Shown: piece after piece, positions 14,836 to 27,610 of the stretch
Layout of the letters: each line of letters opens with the position of its first letter
Numbering within the stretch: position 1 is the first letter of the stretch
Source of the DNA: the human T2T-CHM13v2.0 reference genome, Homo sapiens
DNA: 64,000 bases
Strand: one strand, 5' to 3'
NCBI RefSeq assembly: GCF_009914755.1
Contig: NC_060935.1
Notes under the pieces: model-generated
Databases searched by the model: none
Told to the model about the DNA's origin: nothing
What the model saw: the letters and a program-made list of their open reading frames with translations, nothing else
Program-made: the position numbers and the translations under genes

Positions 14836-15976
14836 GACATCATAGGTAGATATCATCACCTATACAACTGAGTCAGAGAAACTTCTTCAGAGAAGCTGAG
14901 AAACTGAAGACACAGAACCAGCAAGTGGCAAAACAGGGTCAAGTCCCTGCCCTTGAATGTGGTTTGACCTCCACGAAGTGAGAAAACATGCCAGGAAGCT
15001 TGTTACCCACAGATTGGTTCTACCCTCGAGGCTGGTGTCCAGCATAGCTGAAGAGATGCACTAAGCCCTCTTTCCCTATCAGGGCTAAACACGAGGACAG
15101 ATGACCAGACTCTGGAGCACCGCACCTCCAGGGACAGTCAGAAACCATGACCCGGGGTCCAGCTCACAGTTGGGATTGATCAATGGGATGCCAATGACTT
15201 CTAAATTCAGCTTTGGCAACAACCCCACAGCGCCCAGGCTTGGCAGTCATCCTCGTGTGTTCCTCAAAGAACCCCGACTATCTCCCTCCCTGCGGAGCAA
15301 ACATCCCCACCTCCAACCTCCCCCAACATCCGACCCTGTCCCTTGCTCCCTTCACATGGTAGGAGTCCCTTTCTCTCAGAAGCCTCTTTGCTCCAGACCA
15401 AGGTGAACACAGCCCACCTGATCCCGCCACCTCCATACCCTATCACACCTGGTCAAACCTTCTCTACCCGCCCCAAAGCCCCATGGCTATGAGTTACTTG
15501 GGTGCGGGGGATTTTCTCAGCTCTGTACTTGGCACCCCCAGACTCTCATCAGCCTGAATGTCCCCTTAGGCCATGTTATCCTCGTGCACACCTGCCCATC
15601 AGATCTCTCCCATCACCCATTAAGGTGACGGGTCTCTTTATGTAACCCCAAGAAAGAACGTTTTGAAGGTGGAAATTGTCTGTGGAATGCAGGAAGGAAT
15701 AAGGGAATAAGAATTAGACCAACAGAGTGTGTATTTCGTCTGTCCATCTTCAATCCCGATGTGTGCAGTGGGAGACTGCGAGGTCCCCAGGGACTGGGAC
15801 TCAGTCTTGCTTTTCTACCAGTTGGGTGAATGAACGAGGACAAATGATTAAGCATTTCTCCCTTACTCTCTCACTTGAAGAAAATGGATGAATACTTGTC
15901 CTTTGACCTCTCAAAGTCATAAAAGTATAAAATGAAATGCGAGCATGCATTTATAGTTTTAGAAATACACGCAAGG

Positions 15977-16135
15977 GGCCTGGCGCGATGGCTCATGCCT
16001 GTAGTCCCTGCACTTTGGAAGGCTGAGGTGGGAGGATCACTTGGGCCCAGGACCAGGTGTTCGAGACCAACCTGGGCAACATGGCAAAATCCCATCTCTA
16101 TTTAAACAAACAAACAAAAAAGAAATAAAAGAAAA
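15977..16135 (+). mobile_element. FLAM_C/Alu left monomer
   Basis: Single Alu arm followed by an A-rich tail. Confidence 0.88.
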
Positions 16136-17324
16136 TGTGTATGTGAATCATACCACAAAGCCCCTTCATTCCAAATTCTTTCTGCAGGAGCCGCGTGCAT
16201 CTCAGGGGATACTCTCTTCCCAGGAGCCAGGGAAAGGACATCCCTCGACCTGCTGGGCACACGGGGAGCAGCGCTGGCCTTTCCGGGCCCCCTTGTGGGA
16301 GGGAAGCATTCCGACCTGCCCCCTCTGCAGGCACTGTCAGTCCAAGCTGGCAGCCACCAACAGGCATTTTAATCAGGCCCAGGTTAGTAAATCCTGCCAC
16401 TTCCCTGAGGGTTTTAACCCTGCAGTTGGAAGGTCATGTTTAACAGCAAGACCTACTATTATGCCTCTGTTTCCATGTGAAAATAAATGAGTCCCACACC
16501 TAGTAATGGTTTTGCTCCTCCAGTCTGTCCTCTTAAAAATGGGTCGTGAAGGACTAATGCTTTTAAAACACTATAAAACAAGGTCTGTAATGGCTCTGAT
16601 GCCTCAAAAGTGTATTAAGATGAAAATTTATGTTTTCCTACACCACATGGCATTGAAATACAAGCTCTAAAATAAGAGGCAGAATTATTGTGTGTTCTGA
16701 CAAAAAATCCCCAGCCCTACCTGCACCTGAACTTGCATCAAAACATGATTTCCATCAAAATTCCCATCAAAAGTCTTATTTGGTATAAAGCAGTCTTTTT
16801 GGGTTAATTTTTTTTTTAAACCATGCAAACATCCATGTCAGAGTTAATTGCACTGAGTTGGCCTCCTCTACGAGTCAGTTAACTCTGTAGCTCAGGGCCT
16901 GGGGTTTGTTTCTTTGACTCCTCTGGGCAGGTGCAAATATAGCAACCTACAGTTGCCTCTGCAGGCTGCAGGGTTTGTGCCTTGAGACAATCCCAGCAGA
17001 TGCTGACCTCAGGCCACAAAAGAAAGGCAGGGAATAAGCCAGACCTCAGGGAGCTCAGAGCTAGACAATAAATAAGCACAGGAATAAATGAGTGATCCAA
17101 CTGGGAGGAGAACCAAAAGAACAAAGCAGAGATGTGATCAGTTAGAAGAGGAGCAGAGCCCAATTTGGATAGGGTGGTCTCGGAATAGTGGGACACAGGT
17201 GCAGCCAAAATGCAGAGAGCAGGGGGCAGGGGCAAAAAAAAAAAAGTGAAAACCTGGGAAGGATCCTGTCGCACTGGGTCTCCCAGGCCAGGGGGAATCT
17301 GGTGTGGAGCCCAACCTGGATGGA

Positions 17325-17469
17325 CTCCATGAGGTGACACCTCTCCCCACGATGCGGCTGTCTCTGTTTCAGCTGATCTAAGCACCAGACACTGAACTGA
17401 TGGCACACCTGCCCAGTGCCCAGGTGCCAGCTCCCCGAACACAGCCTGACCTCATCCCAGTTCATCCAG
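17325..17469 (+). repeat. 145-bp local direct duplication, copy 1
   Basis: 13 substitutions and no indels against 18481-18625 (about 91% identity, counted by hand). Confidence 0.95.
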
Positions 17470-17719
17470 ATTCCTGCTGCAAACCTGCTGCGATTAAGTG
17501 TCTCAGGGGGAGGGTGTGTGACACAATCTGATTTATGGTCTTTGTTGAAAGATCCCTCTTCGAGCTCCTGGGGTGGAGACTGGGTTGTAGGTGAAAGGAG
17601 TAGAATGTGGAGCCTGGCTGGGAAGCTACTACACTGGTCTGTGTAGTCTCTGGAATGGGCTTGAGTAGAGACAATGGAAATGGAAAGAAGTGCAATACGT
17701 CAGTTGGTATTTGGAGCCT

Positions 17720-17930
17720 GGACTGGACTGGCTGATGGACAGGACTAGACTGGCTGATGGACTGGACTGGCTGATAGACTGGACTGGCTGATGGACATGA
17801 CTGGACTGGCTGATGGACTGGACGGGCTGATGGACTGGACTGCTGATGGACTGGACTGGCTGATGGACTGGACTGGACTGGCTGATGGACTGGACTGGCT
17901 GATAGACTGGACTGGCTGATGGACAGGACT
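17720..17930 (+). repeat. Minisatellite (GGACT)2-3GGCTGAT, about 11 units of 17/22 bp
   Basis: CTGAT recurs 11 times, mostly at 17- or 22-bp spacing. Confidence 0.95.
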
Positions 17931-18480
17931 GTGGATGATACTCAGGCTTCCGGCTTGAGTGGATCATGAACAAAGAGGGAAATCTATGTGCTTGGGGTGG
18001 GGGTGGGGAGCTTGGTTTTGGACACATTGCACATTTTGGATCCTTTGAGATTCCCCCACGGGAGTAGTCAACTGGGCAGCAGGACACAGTCTAGAGTCTA
18101 GTAAACTGGAGGTAAGAATTTGGGAGGAGGAGACATGGGTGTGGGGCTGATTTTGCTGAAGTGCCCGTCTTGGGGCTCTTGGTCTCAGCAGGAGACAAGC
18201 CGCCTTACCTCAGTGATTCAGGGACTCAGGGACATGGGCTAAAAGGTGTGAGCTGGTGGGCAGGGCAGAGGCTGCTCCGCAGGACTTACGGAGCAGGGGT
18301 AGCATCCATCTTAGATGGCAGGGATCAAGGGGTTTTTATACCTGGGTAGGTCTAGAGAAACCGTGAACACTGTCACATTCCAGGGACAAATCTCAAAAAT
18401 AATTTGTAGGCCAGACAGCAGGTGAGAGAGGTCCCTGGTCAGGAGGGGTTGGCCTGGGTTGAGTGGCCCACTGGTGTGGG

Positions 18481-18625
18481 CTCCATGAGGTGACACCTCT
18501 CCCCATGACATGGCTGTCTCTGTTTCAGCTGATCTAAGCACCAGAACCTGAGCTGATGGCACAACTGCCCAGTGCCCAGATGCCGGCTCCCCGAACACAG
18601 CCCGACCTCATCCTGGTTCATCCAG
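18481..18625 (+). repeat. 145-bp local direct duplication, copy 2 (supplies the SHANK2-AS3 acceptor and ATG)
   Basis: See copy 1; offset 1156 bp. Confidence 0.95.
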
Positions 18626-18805
18626 TGCTGGCCCTGTCTGGACGAGCCCCAAGCATCCTCTGCTCGGTGCCCTGGGACGCCTGTGAACTCCTGGCCACGG
18701 CTATGTGGTGGAAGACACGGATTCTGTGGGGGGTTTTCCTTATCTCTAGGACTCGCCCACCTGCTCCCATGCAAATCCTCATTTTAACTCTGGATCCCAG
18801 TGAAG
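18556..18805 (+). CDS. SHANK2-AS3: Putative SHANK2-AS3/C11orf76 ORF, part 1 (MAQLPSAQMPAPRTQPDLILVHPV...LDPSE); translation doubtful
   Basis: ATG at 18556. These 250 nt plus the 122 nt of part 2 give 372 nt = 123 aa + stop, agreeing with the recalled 123-aa annotation. Confidence 0.5.
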
Positions 18806-18999
18806 GTACAATTTAGAGTCTAAAATAACTCAGGCTGGTGCAAACGGAGCTTTGCTAGGCCTGGTGCCTCCTTTCAGTCAACATCTGGTCCACTCTCTCT
18901 GGCATCCTGGGCTGGGGGTATGGGGAAGAGGCACTGGCACCCCGTTTCGGCCTCTTTATTTGGAGATGAGATCTTTACAGCTACAGAGAGTCTTTAAAG

Positions 19000-19248
19000 T
19001 GGAGTCACTCAGGTAGGTCCTCATCCAACAGGAGAGGTGTGTTGTAAGAAGAGGAAACCTGGACAGACAGGAAGAAACCGAGTGAGGATGACGACAGCCA
19101 CCTGCAAGCCAGGAGGAGAGGCCTCAGGAGAAACCAGCCCTGGGACACCCTAATCACAGGCGTCCGCCCCCACAACGGTGAGAGAATGTTTCTGATAAAA
19201 CCACCCAGTTTTTGATACTTTCTTATGGCAGCCCCAGCAAACAAAAAC
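19000..19248 (+). mobile_element. MLT1A/B LTR fragment (exonised in SHANK2-AS3)
   Basis: gcaagccaggaggagaggcctcaggagaaaccagccct...ttatggcagccccagcaaac. Confidence 0.8.
19032..19153 (+). CDS. SHANK2-AS3: Putative SHANK2-AS3/C11orf76 ORF, part 2 (GEVCCKKRKPGQ...TSPGTP*), inside an MLT1 LTR
   Basis: In frame after the phase-1 splice; TAA at 19151-19153. Confidence 0.5.
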
Positions 19249-19825
19249 TGGCTCCATGGCCTCCCCTGTCCTGGCCCCTCAGTCTCTACGACCTGGGCAC
19301 CTTGCAAGCACAAGAAAGGGACCCTCCAGTTCGGGGTGCCCACACACCTTGCTTTCTTCCTTGAGCTCTGGTCACCAAGGAGGCAAAGGGGAGAGAGGCT
19401 TCCAAGGGGCCCATCATTTGGAAAGGGAAAACCAGCTTCTGTTGCCGTGGCAACTCCACTGGGATGCTCTGCTATTTGCACATTTTGAAATTGGAGGTGG
19501 GTAGTGAGAAGGGAAAAAGGAAAGAAAAATTGAGGGAGATGAGAGTATCCAGGGCAAAAGAAAGGAGAGAAAAGCAAATGAAGTTTAGGAAAAATCCAGC
19601 TTCGGACAGGTGACCCTGACAGTGCTTAATGACCTCAGATGAGTCCCAGGGCCGCGGGGACTTCCCCATTAAGTCATGGTGGCTCCAGCCAATGTCAGCC
19701 CAGGTCCCCCACTGTCAGAGAGGAAACAGAGGCTCGAAGATGAGAAGTGCCCTGCACAAGGTCACCTTGTGACTTGGAGGATTCTCCAGGTAAAAGCAGC
19801 CGTATTGGGGGAAGGCCTCTATTCT

Positions 19826-20408
<583 letters not shown>

Positions 20409-23194
20409 CTTCCTCCTTGGAGATCCCATGGAGTGGGGTTCAAGGGGTCCTTATGATACCCGTGAGAGGATTTGAGTCAGACCTGCATCCCACCACAGGC
20501 TCTAAGGAGAGACTCAACTTCTAGGGTCTGGCTGGCAGACTTCTCTCACTGGACAAACCATTCTAGAGAAAAGCAAAGATGCTGCAGAACTAGGCGACGT
20601 CTAAATTTAGCCTCACAAAGAATCTAGAGCACAGGAGCAGGGAAATACTATTCTGAAGGGACAAGGAGAAGAATACAATGGGCCCAGGAGGCTGAATTCA
20701 CCACGAGTAAGGGCACGCGGGGGGTGTCTGAGAAAGTGCAGAAGTCAGGTGCCGGAATGGCCAGGCTGAGATGCAGCTGCGCGTGCCTCATTCCCCAACC
20801 GCCCATTGGATGGAGGTGTGCCTCAGGGTGGGGTGGGGTGGCCGGGCAGGCTCAGCAGCAGAGGGTGGGGCCACAAGCATCCATCTCCAAAATTGCTCTT
20901 GAGTCTGCTAGCAAGGAGCCACAGGACACTGCCTCGCACCGCCTTCTGATGTAGCTGGACAAGAAGTGTGTTCTTCTTCCAGCATTGAATCAGATCCTGT
21001 CTCTCAAAATGAGCCTCAGATAGATAGATTCATTCATTCATTCACTCACTCACTAATTCCTTCACTCACCCTGCAGAAACCAAGCACCTGCCTTGTGCTA
21101 GGTACTGCTCTACCCAAGCATCAAGGAATATGCCCACAGTGCTGCCCTTCCTCAACTTCAAATACCTGGCTTTCTTGGGTCGTGGCCCCTCCCTGGCAGT
21201 CCCACCCTCGGGCACTGCTCCCCTGGGCCCTCTCCTCCCTGGTGCTTTCTGCAGTTTCTTAGTGGGGGGCTGCCTGGCTGTTCTCCAGGGTCCACGGCCT
21301 GTCCAGCATCTTGGTCACCAATTCCGCGCGCAGATGCCTCTGTCGGAAAGGCCTAGGGTGGTCTCCACTTTCTGGATTAGACTCTCACCCCCAGGCCACC
21401 AGGGAGCGGTCTGCTGCAGTCTACACCCTCCTGGTGAGACTTAGGCTCCATCCAGACAGCACCACCGAGTGGCTCCCCTGCCATCAGAAGGCAGGGGCAG
21501 AGAGTGCAGCTCAGAGGAGCCACAGCCCATCGCATCCCGCGGCACCAAATGGGGGGAACCATTTGGGAGGGATCTAGTCACAGAAAATGGAAGTTGGGAA
21601 CCGAGACTCATTTTTGAGAGAAATGGTCAAAAGAGCCACACCCGGCTAATTAGGATTCTGAGAACGAGATGCTGCTGAAACAAGAAGGGAACAGATAAGA
21701 CCAAGAAACATCCCAGACCTAACATTTGGCTACAAAGAAGGAGTCCAAGTGTTCTTTTGTGTTGATGTTCCGGAAACTCAAAATTGCACTTTGCTGCAGA
21801 CGTCAGTAACTCTAGCACCAAGGGTTCACGGAGCTTGCATTTGGGAATCCGAGGAGAGCAATTTACAAGGAGTAAGGATAAAATCTAAAGTCCTATCTCA
21901 GTAGGAATGACTTTTCTTATCAGTTCACGCAGGGGCCCGGAGACACACAAGTCAACAAATAGGAGATTTTTGTGATTTCTAAAGGTCCACTTTTGCTGGA
22001 GTTTTCCTATGTCTACCCGGCAAATTTTCATCTCCCCATTTCCCTAAGGAAACATTTCTTAAGGGGTGACCTAGAGGCAGCCACTCTCTGCCCGCACATG
22101 GACTCAGCAGGAGCTTCATGACGGCCCTCGCTGGTCTTGAGAGCATCTCTAGGTAACACAGGAGGACAGATCAACAACCACACCAGCCTCTGCCTTCACT
22201 CCCTCGCTGTGGCTCTCACCCCAGCAGACAAGGCCTGGGGCTGACATTCCATGAAGCCAGGAGCCAAACGAATGATATGCCGTGGACACCACCATGGACA
22301 GCACAGAAGGGAAACAGGACCTCGTAGCCCAGAGGGATTTGAATCCAATTCGGTGTATTTAAAAAAAAAAAAAAAAGAGAGAGAGAATGAGGTCCCTTGG
22401 GGTAGTGGATCCCCACTCTGACTCTCTCAAGTTCTAGAATACGAAGGTGCCATCCTGAGGTCAGCTGTCTCCTATCCGGGTAGGGGTAGGTGGAGGGTGC
22501 TGGTGGAAGGACGCTCTTGTCCGAGTCCTCAGTAAATCCTGAACACAGGGGAGGACCAATGAGGAGAGTGCACACGTCTTGGCTCCACACGGGCAGCAGG
22601 GCCGAGAGCAGGTCCGGAGGCCAAGGATCAGGCCAGGACTCCACCAACGGAGGACGAGAGGCAAGAGCCGCTGTTAACAGCAAACAGCTATGTCCACTGC
22701 TGGGGAGTACGGCATGCGCATGAGGGCTGAGGGGTGGGGCAGGACGGGCCAAAGCTGCCTGAGCCAGGGATGCCTTCACAACCTCGCTGCCCCAGCCAGA
22801 AAAGTCTGCCCAGGCCACCGGCTCGTGAATGTGGGGTCAGCTCAGCCATGTTCCCTCTTGAGAATCGACGCTATAGATTTGTATTCATTACCCACTGAAT
22901 TCAGAGCCAGCCAGACATCCACGTCTCACCCCAATAAAAGCTTTAACATTTACCCAGCGGCACAGAGTCATTATTCTGTGACAATATTCCACTGCTGACC
23001 TTTATTGCCTAGGACTCTCTGTGAAGTTTCCAAGGAAGCATTTCAGCGTTCAGCACACAGGACCCAGGTCCACCGCCTCCACTGCTCCTGCACCGGCCGG
23101 CCCCCGCCTCCCGCCCATCCATCTCTGGGCTGTTTGCCTCTGTCTGGACTTCATGTACTGACAGTGTGTTTGCTACCACTTAATTCCATCACTG

Positions 23195-23410
23195 ACTGTG
23201 CCTCCCTCTAAATTGATCAGTGTCAATTCTGGGCAAATAATTGGGTGGAATTACCAGCGGGTCCACCCGTGCTGATTATGCAAATAATGTACGCCGTCAC
23301 CAAGGGCCCGGCGCTGGCAGTAAGTGTCTAAACTCCTTAGCATTTGACAGCATAATTGAAGACACAAATATGAAGCCTAATGAAGAGTTTCTTTTCTCGA
23401 GGAAGACTCC
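23195..23410. promoter_or_regulatory. Candidate developmental enhancer (POU/homeodomain/MEIS motif cluster)
   Basis: Octamer ATGCAAAT 23278-23285, TGACAG 23345-23350 and several TAAT/ATTA cores in unique sequence. Confidence 0.4.
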
Positions 23411-23569
23411 CTCGTTCTCACTTTCAATGGCTTGGCCCAGAGGGTGCAGGTGAAGAAGGTGGGTCGCATAGACACAGAGGCTGAGGGGGTCGGCATACGG
23501 ACACCTGTCCACGGACATGGGGCGGTGTGATCTGCTCTTGGACAACCCCAGGGTCATAACCTGTGCCTG

Positions 23570-23850
23570 CTATGATAAGCCTGGTCAAGCTGGATAAACT
23601 CCCAGGCCTCGGTTTCTCCATGTGTAAAATGGAAATAATACTATAATAAACAATGACAACAGTCAAGAGTCCCTCTACCACCACTGCTACTAGCTGGGCA
23701 CGAGGCTATTGACTATTATTTATCCCTGTGATACAGAGGAGGCAACTGTGGCACAGAGAGGTTAAGTAACTTGTCCAAAGTCACACAGCCTGTGAAGGGC
23801 AGAGTCAAGACACAAGCCAAGAAGGTGGGTTCCAGAGTCCAGGCTCAGCC
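23570..23850. mobile_element. Two MIR fragments in opposite orientation
   Basis: gcctcggtttctccatgtgtaaaatgg and gaggcaactgtggcacagagaggttaagtaacttgtccaaagtcacacagc. Confidence 0.75.
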
Positions 23851-24149
23851 TATGGACTGAGCTGGGCCATGTCCACATCTTACACAGTCAGCCTCACACC
23901 CCACGGGGGCAGCCCAGGGCCCCACCCACACAGGGAGCACAGTCACTGGAGCTGCCACGGCCAGTCCTAAGTCCCATCCGGGAAAGGGCTCTGGCACGGA
24001 AAGCCCTGTTTGGACACAACATGCGGCCTCCTCATCCTCACCCATTCTCTTCCACAAACCTGCCCAATTCTCACCCAGGGTGCCAAAGTCCAGAGGATGT
24101 TGGGGGAGGGCGTCCTGCAGTTAGAAGCCACATCCAGGTGGGCGCTGAG

Positions 24150-24535
24150 TGCTAGAGGCTGAACTGTGTCACCTGCAAAATTCATGTGACGCAGGCTTCA
24201 CCCCCAGGATATCAGCATGTGTGCGACTGTATAGGGAGATGGGCTTTAAAGAGGCAACTAAATTAAAGTGAGGCCAGATGGGGCAGGTCCTAAATCCAAT
24301 CCAACTGGCGTCCTTACAAGAAGAGATCAGGACACAGACATACAGAGGGATGACCCCATGAGGATACAGGGAGAAGGCAAAGTCTACAAGCCAAGGAGAG
24401 AGGTCTCCGGAGGAACCAGTCCAGAGACCCCTTGATCTCAGCCTTCCAGCCTCCAAAACGGTGAGACGATAAATGACTTGTGTAAGCCTCCCTGTCTGTG
24501 GTGCTTTATGACGGCAGCTGGAGCAAACTCATACA
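24150..24535 (+). mobile_element. MLT1B LTR (near full length)
   Basis: tg...ca ends; cctaaatccaat..., cttgatctcagccttccagcctcc. Confidence 0.85.
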
Positions 24536-25199
24536 CCATAGATCCCGACAATCTGTCCTAGAGGCCTCCAGACCAGCAGGTTTCAGAGGGAGGACAATGT
24601 ATCGGTCCACAGGCCACAGAATGCTTGGGATGCACCGATCGGCACGTTATTAAACCCACTGGGACCAACAGAACTCCACACATCCCATACCAGAGTGATT
24701 AATGCTTCCAATCTCAGCCTGTGCTGTAGGAGGCTTTCATATTTCACGGCAAAGTTGTGCAGACCAGTTGGTTCATGGCAGGCTGTCTGTCCCACCTTGC
24801 TGCCTATGGCCTCTCCACCAAGCCAGGCTCGGGTATGGAGCTCCTGACCGTCCACAGCACTCTGTCTGCTCTGTGTCCTGGGCTAGAAACCTGATAACCA
24901 GCAGATACTTCCTTGGGTTGGGCACCCTGGGCTCGGTGACCACCGTGTCATCTTGGCATGTCCCCATCATCTCCTTGATTGTCCTCCCCCAGACAGGGGG
25001 CTCGACGGGGAGTCCATGGTGGTGTTGTTGGAAGATGGGATGAGAACTGACACTGTGGTCACTTACTGCCGCACTGGGTGCTCAGTCGCCGCTGGGTCAG
25101 TGCAGGGACCTCACCACCAATTATGTGAATGCCTCCCCTCTGCCTGAAGCTCCCCAGGCTCTGCCTTCTCATACACCCAGAAACCCTCACAAAAGTCCA

Positions 25200-25365
25200 C
25201 AAGAGTGTCCCCCCAAATCCATGTCCACCCAGAACCTACGAATGGGGCCTTAACTGGAAATGGGTCATTGCCTCCTTGCAGATGTGATCAGTGAGGTTGC
25301 GACGAGGTAATACTGGATTAGGGAGGGTCCTAAATCCAATAATTAGTGTCCTTATAAAGAGAGTG
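25200..25365 (+). mobile_element. MLT1 LTR 5' fragment
   Basis: tgtccccccaaatccatgtccacccagaacct...cctaaatccaat. Confidence 0.7.
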
Positions 25366-25724
25366 TGGCCCAGGGCACTATGGAAGAGGTTTGAGGATGA
25401 GCACAGCAGCAGAATCTGAGTGCTGGAGGCTCACCCAGGCAGAGTGTGCTCCACTTCGTTCCAGGGGACTGAGAGAAATGAACCCGGGGTGAGACCCAGA
25501 GCCGTCCCCTCCTGCAGTCCATCTGGGCCAAAATGAGAGCCCAACCAGTGGGGAGGGAGGGGCAGATTCAGGAAATAGAAAAAGTGGAAGGGGCTGGTTC
25601 TGGACAGATGGGAAAAGGGCAGGTGAGCGCCAGGAAAGATCTAGGAAGGTTTTTGGGTTTTCAGTTCCTGGGCCATAACTGAGATGGGGTGCCCAGGAGG
25701 AAGGGCCAGCTGGCCAGGAAAGAT

Positions 25725-26487
<763 letters not shown>

Positions 26488-27511
26488 GGGGAGTCAGGGG
26501 TCTGGGCTCGCCTGGTGGCAGGCTCTGCAGGAGATGAGTCTGAGGGTCCAAGAGGAGGTCCAGGGAGCGCTCTGCAAGCCACCAGCCCCGAAGATCACTG
26601 GCACCATAGGAGCAGGGCAGGATGGGCGGGGGTGGGGAGCAGAGAGCAGAGCAAGGGCAACCACAGAACCTGGGGCCACACCACCTTCTGAGATGAGCCA
26701 CATAGCCTGGCACTGAGCCTCCTTCACGTGCTGAGGCCACATCTGTGTGCCATGGAGCCTGTGAGCCCCTGGAGGGAGAGGCTGTGCCTGGGACCCTGCG
26801 GATTCCCCAACACATTTGCTGAACAAGCAGGGCAGGGAGAGAAAGGAAAGTGAGGTCGAGACAAATATTATAAATATGACCATATCCCTGATGGAGAAGA
26901 AAGTCAAGAAAGAGTTCATGTTGAAAGGCAACACGGGCCAGACACACCTGGTACTCAGGGGCCCTGCAGGGTTTTACAGCAAACTGTGGCCACATGGGGG
27001 CTGGGAGGGGACAGCCAGGAAAGAGGCACAGTCCCCATCTGAATTTGACTGAGAGACTCTTTGAAGCCGTCTGAGATTTCCATATACGATTTCTATTAAT
27101 ATTTAAGGCAAGACGCATCCCATCCTCCATAACAACACCGTCTTGAAAGAAGCCTTTGAACTACTTGAAAGGTAAACCCAGCATTATTCTTGGATTAAGA
27201 ACTCTTGTTCATTCAACAAATACAGCCCCACGACGACATCCCTGAACACCAGAGCCAGAGGTGCCTTGGCATGTGCACGCTGCCTGCTTCTGCAGCAGTA
27301 GGATGATGCGTGTGTGGCCTGTTACGTCACACCGCCAGTGGGTCTGGGCAGTGTCCCATTGCCAATTGCGGGAGGAGTCCTTCAGGGCACGGATGAATAA
27401 TCATGCTAAGTAGGATAAATAAAAACTATAAATAGCCTCAAATCAGTTCAGGTCAAGTACTACTGCCAACGAGCTACGGAGAAGGCATTCGCTTTTCAGA
27501 TCTTTTTGCAG

Positions 27512-27610
27512 ATCCACATTGAAGGTAGGGAACTCTGTCTTTACTCCTGAGAGCTCGTGTTGGAAGGTACTCATGAGTGAAGACAGAGTTCCCTACCTTC
27601 AAGTTTACAG
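27512..27610 (-). ncRNA. MIR3664: pre-miRNA hairpin mir-3664 (5p at 27569-27590, 3p at 27531-27552)
   Basis: 33-bp inverted arms 27519-27551 and 27570-27602 with 2 mismatches. The minus strand contains AACUCUGUCUUCACUCAUGAGU and UCUCAGGAGUAAAGACAGAGUU, recalled as miR-3664-5p and -3p. Same strand as SHANK2. Confidence 0.9.

Noticed and set aside
17629-18087. 152-aa ORF with VHQPVQSISQSS repeats
   Set aside because: Antisense translation of the minisatellite.
18209-18238. 30-nt minus-strand microexon candidate (ccttttag|...GAG|gtaagg)
   Set aside because: It gives an in-frame TGA in SHANK2 phase 1, has a short pyrimidine tract and has no other support.
17325-18625. Direct repeats as LTRs of a mini-retroelement or as a CRISPR-like array
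   Set aside because: No TG...CA ends, TSD, PBS or PPT; only two copies; eukaryotic context.
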